Below, piece by piece: positions 50,099 through 60,218 of a DNA stretch of 64,000 nucleotides. Source of the DNA: an uncultured Gammaproteobacteria bacterium. GTDB lineage: Bacteria; Pseudomonadota; Gammaproteobacteria; Chromatiales; Chromatiaceae. The notes below the pieces were generated by a model. It was not told where the DNA came from and searched no databases. It saw only the letters and a list, made by a program, of their open reading frames with translations. How positions within the stretch are numbered: the stretch's first letter is position 1; each line of letters begins with the position of its first letter. Made by a program: the position numbers and the translations under genes. The DNA lies in contig CALOBA010000038.1 of NCBI GenBank assembly GCA_942491465.1, positions 66,920 to 130,919 on the forward strand. The letters are read 5' to 3'.

Positions 50099-52027
50099 TC
50101 AGCGCCTCAGCGACAGGCCGTAGCGTTTGGCGAGGTACTCCATCAGCCGCAGCACGGTGCGGAAGCCGGACTTGAGCAGGTTCTGCTCCAACCTTGTGAG
50201 CTTCGCGGGGTCCACCCGGCTGCCGTCGTTGTCGTTGGCCAGGCCATTGCGGGCGCGGTGGTAGAGGGCGATGCGGAAGGCCTCGGCGGCCTCGGCGATC
50301 AGCGAATCCGCGCCCTCCACCTGGGGGGCGACGGCCGCCAGACGATCGAGCGTGCCCTTGGCCGTGTAGATGCCGTGTCCCAGGGCCAGTGCCCGGGCCA
50401 GGTCCACCAGCGGTTGCAGGGCGGCGCGCTGCAGATCGAGCACGTCGCTGTAGGTGCTGGCGTCGTCCCCGGTGAGTCCGCGGAAGAAGGTCATCGGCGG
50501 CAGGTTGGCCATGGAGTCGTCCACCAGCAGCGGGACGAAGAGCTTGTTGTCGCGCTCCTCGCCCACGATGTGCTGCTCCAGCTGCGCCACCAGTTGGCAG
50601 TCGCCATACACCGGGCGGATGTCGAAGAACGACATGGCGCGGTAGGTGCAGTTGACCGCCGGGTCGCGAATCCAGCCACTGAAGGCATGACCCCACTCGC
50701 CGACGGCGCGGCAGGCGCTCGGGTGGCCGGCGACGATGGCCTTGGCCGTGGTCACGAAGCCGCAGGCAGCCAACCCCGCGCTGACCCGGCGGCCCAGTTC
50801 CAGGAACCAGCTACGGGCGATCCGGGCCTGGTCCGCGGGCGGGTCCGCGTAGATCAGGCCGTGATCCAGATCGTAGACGGTCATCAGCTCGCTGCGGCCG
50901 GCCGAACCGAAGAACACCCAGCAGTGCTCCAGCCCCGGGTTCTCCAGGCCCTCCTCCTCCAGGCCGCCCTCGACCAGCATCACCAGCCGGCGCAGCACGG
51001 CGGCATCGAAGGCGGTGGCCATCGGCGCCAGCCAGCGCACCGCATCGGCCCCGGTGAGCGCCGCGGCAATCATACCCGTGGCCTGGGTGCGCAGCCGGGC
51101 CAGCTCGCCCACCTTCCAGGCGTTGCCCATGTCCTCGACGATGGCCAGCGATGCGGCACCCTCGACCCGGGTCAGGTCCCGCCGCGAGACCAGGCCGAGG
51201 AACTGGGAATGGGAGGTGCCGTCGGCAGTGAGCAGGATCTGGTCGGTCTGGTGGTCCAGCATCCGCGTCAGATAGGCGCCCGCCTCCAGACCGGGCACGG
51301 CGATCGGCGGCAGTCCGGCCATGATCTCGCGGGCCGGGGCATCGAGGGGAAACCGGCCGCTGGCGATCTTGCCGCTGAGCAGCCGCGCGGTCAGCAGGCC
51401 CTGGGCATGGCCGTCGCGACCGAGCACCACGGCGGTGGTGGCGCCCTGACGGTCGAGCAGGGTCGCGACCTCCCGCGCCCCGGTCTCGGGCTCGCAGATG
51501 ACCGGGCGCTGGGGGGCGGTGACATGACGCGTCATCCAGTCCACCGGGCGGCGGCCGATGCGCAGCTCATCGCCGCGGGGCTGCTGGGTTTCCAGGCCGC
51601 TCGGGCTGATGGCGACGGAGAAATAGGCGGCCAGGAAGCGGCTCGCCCGCGGGTGCGCCTTGACCAGATCCCAGAACATGTCCGCCGGCAGCGCGTAGAG
51701 GATGGTGTCGGTCTCGGTGCGGGCCGTGTACAGGTGATCGCTGATGCCGAGATAGCGGCCGACGCCGAGCAGGTCGCCCTCGCCGCGGACATCGCGCAGC
51801 TCCGGTCCTTGGGGGGTCTCCTCCACCAGCCGCACCGTGCCCTGCTGGATCACGTAGACGTAGGGCCGGCGCGGACGGCCCTGCTCGAAGACCATCTCGT
51901 CGTTCTCGTGGAACAGCACCCGGCCGCCGCCGGCCAGCTCCAACAGCTCCGGGTCGCTCATGTAGTGGAAGGGGGGCCAGCGCCGCAGGAAATCCACGAC
52001 ACGGTAGGCGATGGTTGCTGTCTTCAC
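50099..52027 (-). CDS. cNMP-binding / tandem CBS / DUF294 nucleotidyltransferase signal-transduction protein
   Basis: 642 aa. N-terminal cyclic-nucleotide-binding fold (VLFHENDEMVFEQGRPRRPYVYVIQQGTVRLVE), a CBS pair, then the nucleotidyltransferase core (FFGSAGRSELMTVYDLDHGLIY) and a substrate-binding-like C-terminus. Confidence 0.8.
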   Translation of the reverse strand: MKTATIAYRVVDFLRRWPPFHYMSDPELLELAGGGRVLFHENDEMVFEQGRPRRPYVYVIQQGTVRLVEETPQGPELRDVRGEGDLLGVGRYLGISDHLYTARTETDTILYALPADMFWDLVKAHPRASRFLAAYFSVAISPSGLETQQPRGDELRIGRRPVDWMTRHVTAPQRPVICEPETGAREVATLLDRQGATTAVVLGRDGHAQGLLTARLLSGKIASGRFPLDAPAREIMAGLPPIAVPGLEAGAYLTRMLDHQTDQILLTADGTSHSQFLGLVSRRDLTRVEGAASLAIVEDMGNAWKVGELARLRTQATGMIAAALTGADAVRWLAPMATAFDAAVLRRLVMLVEGGLEEEGLENPGLEHCWVFFGSAGRSELMTVYDLDHGLIYADPPADQARIARSWFLELGRRVSAGLAACGFVTTAKAIVAGHPSACRAVGEWGHAFSGWIRDPAVNCTYRAMSFFDIRPVYGDCQLVAQLEQHIVGEERDNKLFVPLLVDDSMANLPPMTFFRGLTGDDASTYSDVLDLQRAALQPLVDLARALALGHGIYTAKGTLDRLAAVAPQVEGADSLIAEAAEAFRIALYHRARNGLANDNDGSRVDPAKLTRLEQNLLKSGFRTVLRLMEYLAKRYGLSLRR

Positions 52028-52265
52028 GGCTGTTGATGGGGGTTCCGGCAGGCCCGATCAGCCGCCGGGAGGCCCGTGCCAAGGCGGAGAGGCACAGCGT
52101 GCACGACGGATCGACGGCTTGAACCCTGGACTGGCCGGGCGGATGCGCAGAGCGAAGACATCGGAGTTTTATGCAGGAAAGCTGAGGATTTGTCCAGCAG
52201 AAAAGGCCGAGCGAATGCGCCGGCGCGGGGGCCATGGCGCCGGCCGGCAGCGCGCTTGTGACTGA

Positions 52266-53120
52266 TCAGGCCGCATCCGGCTCCGGCGCCTCCTCCGCCC
52301 CCGGCTCGGCCAGGCGCAGTCGGACATGGATGGGCGCATAGGCCTCGGACTGAACCAGCTCCAGGATGGATGCCTTGATCAGCTCCAGTATGGCGAGGAA
52401 GCTGACGACGACGCCGGCGCGGCCTTCGGTGACGTCGAACAGCTCGGTGAAGCGCACGAAGTCGCAACCGTGCAGCCGCTCCATGACCAGCGACATGCGC
52501 TCGCGCAGCGACAGCGATTCGCGCTCGATACGGTGACTGGTGAACAGGTCGGCCCGGGCCAGGACCTCGCGTAGGGCGCCGAGCAGCTCCGGCAGCTCGA
52601 CCTTGGGCGGGATCCGGCGCACGTGTCCCGGGGGGACGGCGGCATTGGTCGGGAACAGGTCGCGCTCCAGCCGCGGCAGCTCGTCCAGGTCGAGGGCGGC
52701 CTGCTTGAAGCGCTCGTATTCAAGCAGCCGACGGATCAGCTCGGCGCGCGGGTCGTCTTCGTCGTCATCGGCGCTTTCGGGGCGCGGCAGCAGCATGCGC
52801 GACTTGATCTCGCAGAGCATGGCGGCCATGACCAGATACTCCGCGGCCAGCTCCAGCTTGATGTCCTTCATCAGCTCGACGTACTCCATGTACTGGTCGG
52901 TGATGACGGCGATGGGGATATGGAGGATATCCAGGTTCTGCTTGCGGATCAGATACAGCAGCAGGTCCAGCGGCCCCTCGAAGGTGTCGAGGAAGACCTC
53001 CAGCGCGTCCGGCGGGATGTAGAGGTCCTGCGGCAACTCCAGCAGCGGGGTGCCGTCGACGATGGCGAGCGGGACCGTCGGCTGCTCGGCACCTGCCGTT
53101 GCTTCTTGGACGTCGGTCAA
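52266..53120 (-). CDS. scpA: segregation and condensation protein A
   Basis: 284 aa. LDTFEGPLDLLLYLIRKQNLDILHIPIAVITDQYMEYV is the ScpA N-terminal signature. Confidence 0.9.
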   Translation of the reverse strand: MTDVQEATAGAEQPTVPLAIVDGTPLLELPQDLYIPPDALEVFLDTFEGPLDLLLYLIRKQNLDILHIPIAVITDQYMEYVELMKDIKLELAAEYLVMAAMLCEIKSRMLLPRPESADDDEDDPRAELIRRLLEYERFKQAALDLDELPRLERDLFPTNAAVPPGHVRRIPPKVELPELLGALREVLARADLFTSHRIERESLSLRERMSLVMERLHGCDFVRFTELFDVTEGRAGVVVSFLAILELIKASILELVQSEAYAPIHVRLRLAEPGAEEAPEPDAA

Positions 53121-53141
53121 GGCTGGGACCTCTTTCCGTAC

Positions 53142-53370
<229 letters not shown>

Positions 53371-53381
53371 GCGCACGGGTA

Positions 53382-53536
53382 CTAGTGCTTTGCCGCGAAA
53401 ATTCCGAGACCGCCCGCAGCTGTGGGAGCGATTTGCAATCGCGACCGCCGCGACGCGGAAGTCGCGACTGCAAGTCGCTCCCACAGCACCGAGTGGGCAT
53501 GCCGGCGGTCTTTGGACTTCCGCAGCGGTGCACTAG
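53382..53536 (+). mobile_element. MITE-like palindromic element, family A
   Basis: CTAG-bounded 155-bp copy, near-identical to 27496-27650. Confidence 0.85.
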
Positions 53537-53574
53537 CCGGCGATGGTTGCGCTAAGAGACAACAACAACAACGC

Positions 53575-54831
53575 TCAACGCTGATTCAACGACATCGCAT
53601 GCCGGACCTCTTCCATGGTCTCGCGGGCCACCTCGCGGGCGCGGTCGCTGCCCTCGTCGAGGATGCTGCGCACCACCTCGGGCTGCGCCTCCAGCTCGCG
53701 GGCGCGCTGCTGGATGGGCTCAAGCTCGGCGCGCACGGCATCGACAATCGGCTGCTTGCACTCCAGGCAGCCGATATCGGCGCTGCGGCAGCCCTGCTGG
53801 ACCCAGTCGCGGCGGGCGGCGTCGGAGTAGACCTGATGGAATTGCCACACCGGGCAGACCTCGGGGTTGCCGGGATCGGTGCGGCGCACGCGGGCCGGGT
53901 CGGTGGGCATGGTGCGCAGCTTCTGCTCGACGTCTTTGGGATCATCGCGCAGCGCGATGGTATTGCCGTAGGACTTGGACATCTTCTGCCCGTCCAGGCC
54001 CGGCATCTTCGCGGCCTTGGTCAGCAGCGGCTGGGGCTCGGGCAGGATGACCCGACCGCCGCCCTCCAGATAGCCGAACAGGCGCTCGCGGTCGGCCACG
54101 GTGATGTTGGCCTGGCCGTCGAGCAGCGCGCGGGCCACCTCCAGCGACTCCTGATCGCCCTGTTCTTGATAGGCCCGGCGCAGGCGGTCGAACAGCTTGG
54201 CGTTCTTCTTGCCCATCTTGCGCTTGGCCTGCTCGGCCTTGTCTTCGAAGTCCGGCTCGCGACCGTAGATGTGGTTGAAGCGCCGGGCGATCTCGCGGGT
54301 GATCTCCACATGGGCCACCTGATCCTCGCCCACCGGGACCATGCCGGCGCGGTAGATCAGGATGTCGGCGCTCTGCAGCAGCGGGTAGCCGAGGAAGCCG
54401 TAGGTGGCCAGGTCCTTCTCCTTGAGCTTCTCCTGCTGGTCCTTGTAGCTGGGGATGCGCTCCAGCCAGCCCAGCGGCGTGATCATCGACAACAGCAGGT
54501 GCAGCTCGGCGTGCTCGGGCACCCGCGACTGCACGAACAGCGTCGCCGAGCCGCCGTTGATGCCGGCGGCCAACCAGTCGATGACCATGTCCCGGCTCGA
54601 CTGCGGGATCCCCGACGGATCATCGTAGTCCGTGGTCAGGGCATGCCAGTCGGCGACGAAGAAGAAGCACTCGTACTCGTGCTGGAGTTCGAGCCAGTTC
54701 TTCAGCACGCCGTGGTAGTGGCCCAGGTGGAGCCGGCCGGTGGGACGCATGCCGGAGAGCACGCGGGCATGTTGCGCAGGGACAGGGGTCAAGGGGTGCC
54801 TCCATCGGGGGCGGGTTGAATGAGTGGGCAA
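53575..54831 (-). CDS. trpS: tryptophan--tRNA ligase
   Basis: RVLSGMRPTGRLHLGHYHGVL (HIGH-type) and KMSKS (GQKMSKSYGN). The start codon may be downstream of 54831. Confidence 0.9.
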   Translation of the reverse strand: MPTHSTRPRWRHPLTPVPAQHARVLSGMRPTGRLHLGHYHGVLKNWLELQHEYECFFFVADWHALTTDYDDPSGIPQSSRDMVIDWLAAGINGGSATLFVQSRVPEHAELHLLLSMITPLGWLERIPSYKDQQEKLKEKDLATYGFLGYPLLQSADILIYRAGMVPVGEDQVAHVEITREIARRFNHIYGREPDFEDKAEQAKRKMGKKNAKLFDRLRRAYQEQGDQESLEVARALLDGQANITVADRERLFGYLEGGGRVILPEPQPLLTKAAKMPGLDGQKMSKSYGNTIALRDDPKDVEQKLRTMPTDPARVRRTDPGNPEVCPVWQFHQVYSDAARRDWVQQGCRSADIGCLECKQPIVDAVRAELEPIQQRARELEAQPEVVRSILDEGSDRAREVARETMEEVRHAMSLNQR

Positions 54832-54913
54832 AAACGGACGCGGGCGTCAGGCCGCCGTGCCGGCCATTGCCGCGACAGGCGCCAAGGATACCGAAGCGCG
54901 GCCCACGGCGCTG

Positions 54914-55600
54914 TCACATCGGAAACAGCTCGCGCACCACGCCGGCGCCGGGGATCAGCAGCAGCGCGACGGAGATGGCCGGCAGCAGCAGCTTGCCAAG
55001 GATGCCGGTGAACAGCAGCGCCAGCAGGATGATCAGCCCGTAGGGCTCCAGCCGGGAGAAGCCGTAGGCGAGCCGCGGCGGCAGCAGCGACGCCAGCACC
55101 CGCCCACCGTCCAACGGTAGCAGCGGGAACAGGTTCAGCGTCATCAGCACCAGGTTAATCAGCACGCCGGCGGCGCCCATGTAGACCAGCGGCATCGCCA
55201 CCCAGTCCGAGACGCCGATCAGCAGCACGCCGAGCTTGATCATCAGCCCCCAGAACAGGGCCATGACCAGGTTGGCCCCCGGCCCGGCGATGGCCACCAG
55301 GGCCATGTCGCGGCGCGGACGGCCGAGGTTGCGCCAGTCCACCGGCACCGGCTTGGCCCAGCCGAACAGGAACGTGGCCCCGCCCAGCGAGGACAGCAGC
55401 AGGATCGACAGCGGCACGAGGATGGTGCCCACCGGGTCGATATGCTTGATCGGGTTGAAGGTCACGCGACCGAGCATGAACGCCGTGTGGTCGCCGAGGC
55501 GGTTGGCCACCCAGCCGTGGGCGGCCTCGTGGACGGTGATCGCAAACAGCAGCGGCAATGCCAGCACGGCGATCAGTTGAACGATCTGGTTCAGATCCAT
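54914..55600 (-). CDS. site-2 protease family (peptidase M50) membrane protein
   Basis: HEAAHGWVANRLGD (HExxH) in the first TM region. 228 aa, polytopic. Confidence 0.85.
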   Translation of the reverse strand: MDLNQIVQLIAVLALPLLFAITVHEAAHGWVANRLGDHTAFMLGRVTFNPIKHIDPVGTILVPLSILLLSSLGGATFLFGWAKPVPVDWRNLGRPRRDMALVAIAGPGANLVMALFWGLMIKLGVLLIGVSDWVAMPLVYMGAAGVLINLVLMTLNLFPLLPLDGGRVLASLLPPRLAYGFSRLEPYGLIILLALLFTGILGKLLLPAISVALLLIPGAGVVRELFPM

Positions 55601-55634
55601 GGGGTTTCCGTAGGGTTGGGCGCGGCCCGTCGGC

Positions 55635-56258
55635 TCAGTCTTGGAACAGGGAGATGTCGCCCTTGCCGGCGCGGACCACGGCGGGTGGGTCTTGCGTCAT
55701 GTCGATGACGCTGGTGAGGTCGACCCCACAGGGACCGCCGTCGATGATCAGGTCGACACAGTGGCCGATCTCCTCGCGGATGTCGTAGCTGTCGTTCAGC
55801 GGCACGCTGTCGCCGGGGAGGATCAGCGTCGTGCTCAGGATCGGCTGCCCGAACTCGCCGAGCAAGGCGCGGCAGATCGGTGTGTCCGGCACGCGGATGC
55901 CGATGGCGCGCCGCTTCGGGTGCAAAAGCCGCCGGGGCACCTGTTTGGTGGCCTGGTAGATGAAGGTATAGGGGCCGGGGGTCAGGGACTTCAACAGCCG
56001 ATAGCCCTGATTGTCGATCTTGGCGTAGGTGGAGATCTCCGACAGGTCGCTGCACACCAGGGTGAAGTTGTGCTTGTCGTCGAGCCGACGAATCATGCGG
56101 ATACGCTCCAGCGCGGACTTCTCGCCGATCTGGCAGCCGAGCGCATAGCTCGAATCGGTGGGGTAGGCCACGACACCGCCGCCGGCGATGATCTCCATCG
56201 CCTGGGCAATCAGCCGCGGCTGCGGATTCTCCGGGTGGATCTCGAAATACTGCGCCAT
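55635..56258 (-). CDS. yciO: YciO / Sua5-YrdC-YwlC family (threonylcarbamoyl-AMP synthase-like) protein
   Basis: 207 aa. GGVVAYPTDSSYALGC, LKSLTPGPYTFI and IRVPDTPICRALL motifs. Adjacent to trpH as in enterobacteria. Confidence 0.9.
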   Translation of the reverse strand: MAQYFEIHPENPQPRLIAQAMEIIAGGGVVAYPTDSSYALGCQIGEKSALERIRMIRRLDDKHNFTLVCSDLSEISTYAKIDNQGYRLLKSLTPGPYTFIYQATKQVPRRLLHPKRRAIGIRVPDTPICRALLGEFGQPILSTTLILPGDSVPLNDSYDIREEIGHCVDLIIDGGPCGVDLTSVIDMTQDPPAVVRAGKGDISLFQD

Positions 56259-56270
56259 CGACGGGTCGTC

Positions 56271-57134
56271 CTAAGCGGCCATGGCGCGGATGCGCGCCGG
56301 CAGGTCCCAGTCGGCCCAGATCGGGCGACAATCCGGCGGCATCGGCGGCAGCCGGCCGAGCTCGACCCAGGGGCTTTCCGGGCCGTGATAGTCGGAGCCG
56401 GCGGAGGCCAGCAGGCCGGTCTCGCGGGCGTGGCGCGCGGCGGTGAAGCTATCGTCGCGGCTGTGGCTGCCGCAGAGGACCTCCAGGCCATGGCCGCCGC
56501 ATTCCTTCAGCTCGCCGAGCAGCCGCAGCATGCGGGTGCGGGTCAGGCCATAGCGGGCCGGATGCGCCAGCACCGCCTGCCCGCCCGCGGCGCGCACCCA
56601 GGCCACCGCATCCTCCAGCGGGGTCCATTCCCCGGCCACATGGCCGGGCTTGCCGCTGACCAGGAAACGCTGGAAGACCCCGCGCACATCGCTTGCCGCC
56701 CCGCGGGAGACCAGGAAGCGGGCGAAGTGCGTGCGGCTGATCAGCCGACCGTTGGACAACGCCTTGGCGCCCTCGTAGGCACCGCTGTGGCCGGCCTTGT
56801 CCAGGCGCCGGCCCATCTCCTCGGCGCGCCAGTCGCGGAACCGCCGCAGCGACGCCAGCCCATCGGCGAGCACGCCGTTGTCGGGGTCCACGTTCAGGCC
56901 CACCAGATGGATGGTCCGCCCGCCCCAGCTGACCGAGATCTCGACGCCGGGGATCGACAGGACGCCGGTCTCGGCGGCGGCCCGCGCGGCCTCGGCAAGG
57001 CCCTCGGTGGTGTCGTGATCGGTCAGCGCAAGCACCTCGACCCCGGCGGCGGCGGCGCGCTGCATCAGCGCGGTGGGGGTCAGGGTGCCGTCGGAGGCGG
57101 TGGAGTGGCTGTGGAGGTCGGGGGTCGGCATCAT
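56271..57134 (-). CDS. trpH: PHP-domain phosphoesterase (TrpH/YciV family)
   Basis: DLHSHSTASDGTLTP...LALTDHDT N-terminal PHP motifs. 287 aa. Confidence 0.85.
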   Translation of the reverse strand: MMPTPDLHSHSTASDGTLTPTALMQRAAAAGVEVLALTDHDTTEGLAEAARAAAETGVLSIPGVEISVSWGGRTIHLVGLNVDPDNGVLADGLASLRRFRDWRAEEMGRRLDKAGHSGAYEGAKALSNGRLISRTHFARFLVSRGAASDVRGVFQRFLVSGKPGHVAGEWTPLEDAVAWVRAAGGQAVLAHPARYGLTRTRMLRLLGELKECGGHGLEVLCGSHSRDDSFTAARHARETGLLASAGSDYHGPESPWVELGRLPPMPPDCRPIWADWDLPARIRAMAA

Positions 57135-57238
57135 GGCGGCATTCTAGCCGATCCAACCCCGCGGCGGTCAGGCGAGGTGGGATATGACCCGGCGATCCCT
57201 ATATGCTCGGATAAGGTTCAAGAATATCGACACTGCGC

Positions 57239-57973
57239 ATGCTCCCTGCCGTTGATACCATCGCCATTCGAGACGAGGTGGTCCGCCTCGCCGCCTGCTC
57301 GCGCGACGTCTTCGACGACTTGGGCGAGACCGACGAGCCGCCGCCGGACGTCTTGGCGGACGCCTTGACCGAGACCATCGACGCCGTGCAGCGCCTCGCC
57401 GACGACGATCGGCAAGAGGCGAACCCCTCCGGCAATCGGCACCTTGCCCGGCTGTGCGACCACGGCATCGGCCTGCTCGCCGATCTATCGACACAGGCCG
57501 CCCGGCTCGGGCGCGCCGACCTGGCCGCGGACTGGGAACAGCTCGCCCTGCCCTACGCCTGCTGCGCCGCGCGACACGGCGGCGAGATCGGCCACCTGGC
57601 GCCGGTGGCCAATGCGGCAGCGGGTCTCGCCCACCGGCTCGGCGACAAGCACGATCTGGAGGGCCTGCACGGGATGCTCGACCAGATCGTCCAGGCCGCC
57701 AGTCCAAAGGCCAGCGAGGCCACGGCCGACTCCGCGGCCGGTCGCGCCTGGCGCAAGCTGCTCCTCAATCACGCCATGGTCGCCAACCGCACGCAGCAGC
57801 CGGCCCTGATGCAAGCCGCCTTCGACGCCCTCGTCGACCAGATCCCCGACGCCGCCCCCGACTTTTTCCGCGAATGCATGGCGCAGATGCAGGCTGCGGA
57901 CTGTCCGCCCACCGCCGCGGACATGCTGCGACGCTACTGTGATGCTTGGTGTCGGGCGCGGCATCTGCACTGA
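57239..57973 (+). CDS. hypothetical protein
   Basis: 244-aa ORF with coding-like composition, Ala/Asp/Leu-rich and helical. No recognised domain. Confidence 0.45.
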   Translation: MLPAVDTIAIRDEVVRLAACSRDVFDDLGETDEPPPDVLADALTETIDAVQRLADDDRQEANPSGNRHLARLCDHGIGLLADLSTQAARLGRADLAADWEQLALPYACCAARHGGEIGHLAPVANAAAGLAHRLGDKHDLEGLHGMLDQIVQAASPKASEATADSAAGRAWRKLLLNHAMVANRTQQPALMQAAFDALVDQIPDAAPDFFRECMAQMQAADCPPTAADMLRRYCDAWCRARHLH

Positions 57974-58198
57974 ACGGGGTCTGCCTTGCGGTCATGCAGT
58001 GATGCGCGAAGCGCGCGACGACAACGACAACGCGCATACTCGGTACTTCGGTGCCAATGCACCGGACGCCGCGATCATGCCGATACCGGCTATGATGCAC
58101 GGCTCGCGGGTGGCGGCCGATGATCGACGCCTGTGCCCACCCCCCTCCCAGGCGCCGATCGGCGCCGCGCAATCCCGTCCCGACGACCAGCCGCGCCG

Positions 58199-58885
58199 AT
58201 GAAATTCCTCACCGACTTCTTCCCCATCATCCTGTTCTTCGTCGCCTACAAGCTCTACGGCATTTACTGGGCGACCGGGGTGGCCATCGTCGCCTCGGCG
58301 GTCCAGGTCGGCTGGACGCGGCTGCGACGGGGCCGCGTCGAGCGCATGCACCTGATCACGCTCGGCCTGCTGCTGGTGTTCGGCGGGCTGACGTTCGCGC
58401 TGCACGACCCGATCTTTATCATGTGGAAGCCGACCATCGTCGACTGGCTGTTCGCCGCTGCCCTGCTCGGCAGCCAGTTCATCGGCGAGCGCACGCTGAT
58501 CGAACGGCTGATGGACGAGGCGGTGGACGTCCCGCGCCGGATCTGGCGCCGGCTGAACCTGGCCTGGGTGGGCTTTTTTGTCGTCTCCGGCATCCTCAAC
58601 CTGCTCGTGGTCTACTGGTGGAGCGGCTTCCATCAGGCCAAGCAGGCGTTGGTCATGGCCAGCGGCGACCCGGAGATCGACCTCGCCCACTGCGCCGAGC
58701 GCTTCACCGATGGCCTGCTCGGGCTCTGCCAGGCCGCCCAGGCCGGCGAAGAGGTCTGGGTCAACTTCAAGCTCTTCGGTATGATGGCGCTCACACTTGT
58801 GTTCGTCGTCGCCCAGGCCTTCTATCTGGCCCGGCATATCCGCGACGACGATGCCGACGCGACGGCCCCGACGGAGACCAACTGA
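58199..58885 (+). CDS. yciB: intracellular septation protein A (YciB/IspZ) with a C-terminal extension
   Basis: Start MKFLTDFFPIILFFVAYKLYGIYWATG (ATG 58199). 5-TM YciB pattern. Roughly 50 aa longer than the ~180-aa proteins I recall. Confidence 0.85.
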   Translation: MKFLTDFFPIILFFVAYKLYGIYWATGVAIVASAVQVGWTRLRRGRVERMHLITLGLLLVFGGLTFALHDPIFIMWKPTIVDWLFAAALLGSQFIGERTLIERLMDEAVDVPRRIWRRLNLAWVGFFVVSGILNLLVVYWWSGFHQAKQALVMASGDPEIDLAHCAERFTDGLLGLCQAAQAGEEVWVNFKLFGMMALTLVFVVAQAFYLARHIRDDDADATAPTETN

Positions 58886-58886
58886 C

Positions 58887-59189
58887 GTGCTCTATGCCAT
58901 CATCGCCACCGACCGGCCGGATACCCTCGCCGCCCGCCTCGAAGCCCGCCCGGCCCACCTCGGTCGCCTGCGCGCCCTGCAGGAACAGGGCCGTCTGCTG
59001 CTCGCCGGGCCGCACCCGGCGATCGACAGCCCGACGCCCGGCGAGGCCGGCTTCACCGGCTCGCTGATCGTGGCCGAGTTCGACGACCTCGCCAGCGCCC
59101 AAGACTGGGCCGACGCCGACCCGTACAAGCAGGCCGGCGTGTTCACCGAGATCCGGGTCAAGCCCTTCGTCAAGGTGCTGCCGGCCTGA
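58887..59189 (+). CDS. yciI: YciI family protein
   Basis: GTG 58887 start, 1 nt after the yciB stop. VLYAIIATDRPDTLAARLEARPAHLGRL...GSLIVAEFDDLASAQDWADADPY fits YciI-like proteins. Confidence 0.8.
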   Translation: MLYAIIATDRPDTLAARLEARPAHLGRLRALQEQGRLLLAGPHPAIDSPTPGEAGFTGSLIVAEFDDLASAQDWADADPYKQAGVFTEIRVKPFVKVLPA

Positions 59190-59304
59190 GCGGACCGCAT
59201 CGGCCGTTCGGGGGATCGGCGCGCGGGCCTTTGTCCGGGCACCGATCCCGCCGACGACCTGTTTCATCGCTATCATCCTCGCAACCCAGTAAGGACTCCA
59301 CCGC

Positions 59305-60171
59305 ATGCAAAAGCTCTCCCTCGCCCTGTCCCTGACCGCGCTGCTTTCCGCACCGCAGCTGCTGCTCGCCCAGAATGACGACGCCGCGGCGCAAGACGCC
59401 GACACCGTGATTGCGACCGTCAACGAGACGCCCTACGCCCTCGACGTCTTCCGCGCCTTCTTCAACGAGCGCCTGACCCAAAGCCGATCGCAGAACTCGC
59501 CCGAATTCCAAGAGCAGGTCTTCAACGAATTCCTGAACCTGACCGTCGCCGCCCAGGAGGCGGAGAAGCGCGACCTCATCGACAACCGCGAGGTCAAGGC
59601 CGCCGTCGAACTGCAGCGCATGATGGTGCTGTCCGCCGCGGTGCTGCAGCAGATCGCCACCGAGGCCGAGATCAGCGACGCGGAGTACGCGGACGCCTAC
59701 GAGCAGCTCAAGCAGGGCACCAAGCGCACCGAGTACAAGGCGCGCCACATCCTGGTCGACGACCAGGCCAAGGCCGAGGCGCTGATCGCCAACCTCGACA
59801 AGAGCAAGGGCAAGGACTTCAACCAGCTGGCGAAGGAGAACTCCCTCGGTCCCACCGCGGAAAAGGGCGGCGATCTCGGCTGGTTCGATGCCCGACAGAT
59901 GGTCAAACCGTTCTCCGACGCCGTGGCCGCGCTCGAGCCCGGCAGCTACACCGAAAAGCCGGTGCAGACCCAATTCGGCTGGCATGTGATCATGCTCGAA
60001 GAGACCCGCGACGCCGAGCCGCCGTCGATGGAGGACGCCAAGCCGACGCTGGAGGCCGCCCTCCGCCGCCAGAAGGTCTCCGATGCCCTGACCGAGATGC
60101 GCAGCGAGGCGACCATCGAACTCAACACCGACGTCGTCAAGCTCAAGGACGACGAGGCGGAGAGCGAATAG
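59305..60171 (+). CDS. periplasmic peptidyl-prolyl cis-trans isomerase (parvulin/PpiC type)
   Basis: Signal peptide. Parvulin domain YKARHILVDDQAKAEALI...GGDLGWFDARQMVKPFSDAV...QTQFGWHVIMLEE. Confidence 0.85.
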   Translation: MQKLSLALSLTALLSAPQLLLAQNDDAAAQDADTVIATVNETPYALDVFRAFFNERLTQSRSQNSPEFQEQVFNEFLNLTVAAQEAEKRDLIDNREVKAAVELQRMMVLSAAVLQQIATEAEISDAEYADAYEQLKQGTKRTEYKARHILVDDQAKAEALIANLDKSKGKDFNQLAKENSLGPTAEKGGDLGWFDARQMVKPFSDAVAALEPGSYTEKPVQTQFGWHVIMLEETRDAEPPSMEDAKPTLEAALRRQKVSDALTEMRSEATIELNTDVVKLKDDEAESE

Positions 60172-60218
60172 CGGCCCGCCCGGCGCGGCGCATCGGCGAC
60201 GCGCCCGGGGGCGCTCCA

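Noticed and set aside
52028-52265. Missing scpB after scpA
   Set aside because: ScpB may simply be encoded elsewhere. Absence from one window is not evidence of loss, and the 238-bp gap shows no scpB remnant that I can recognise.
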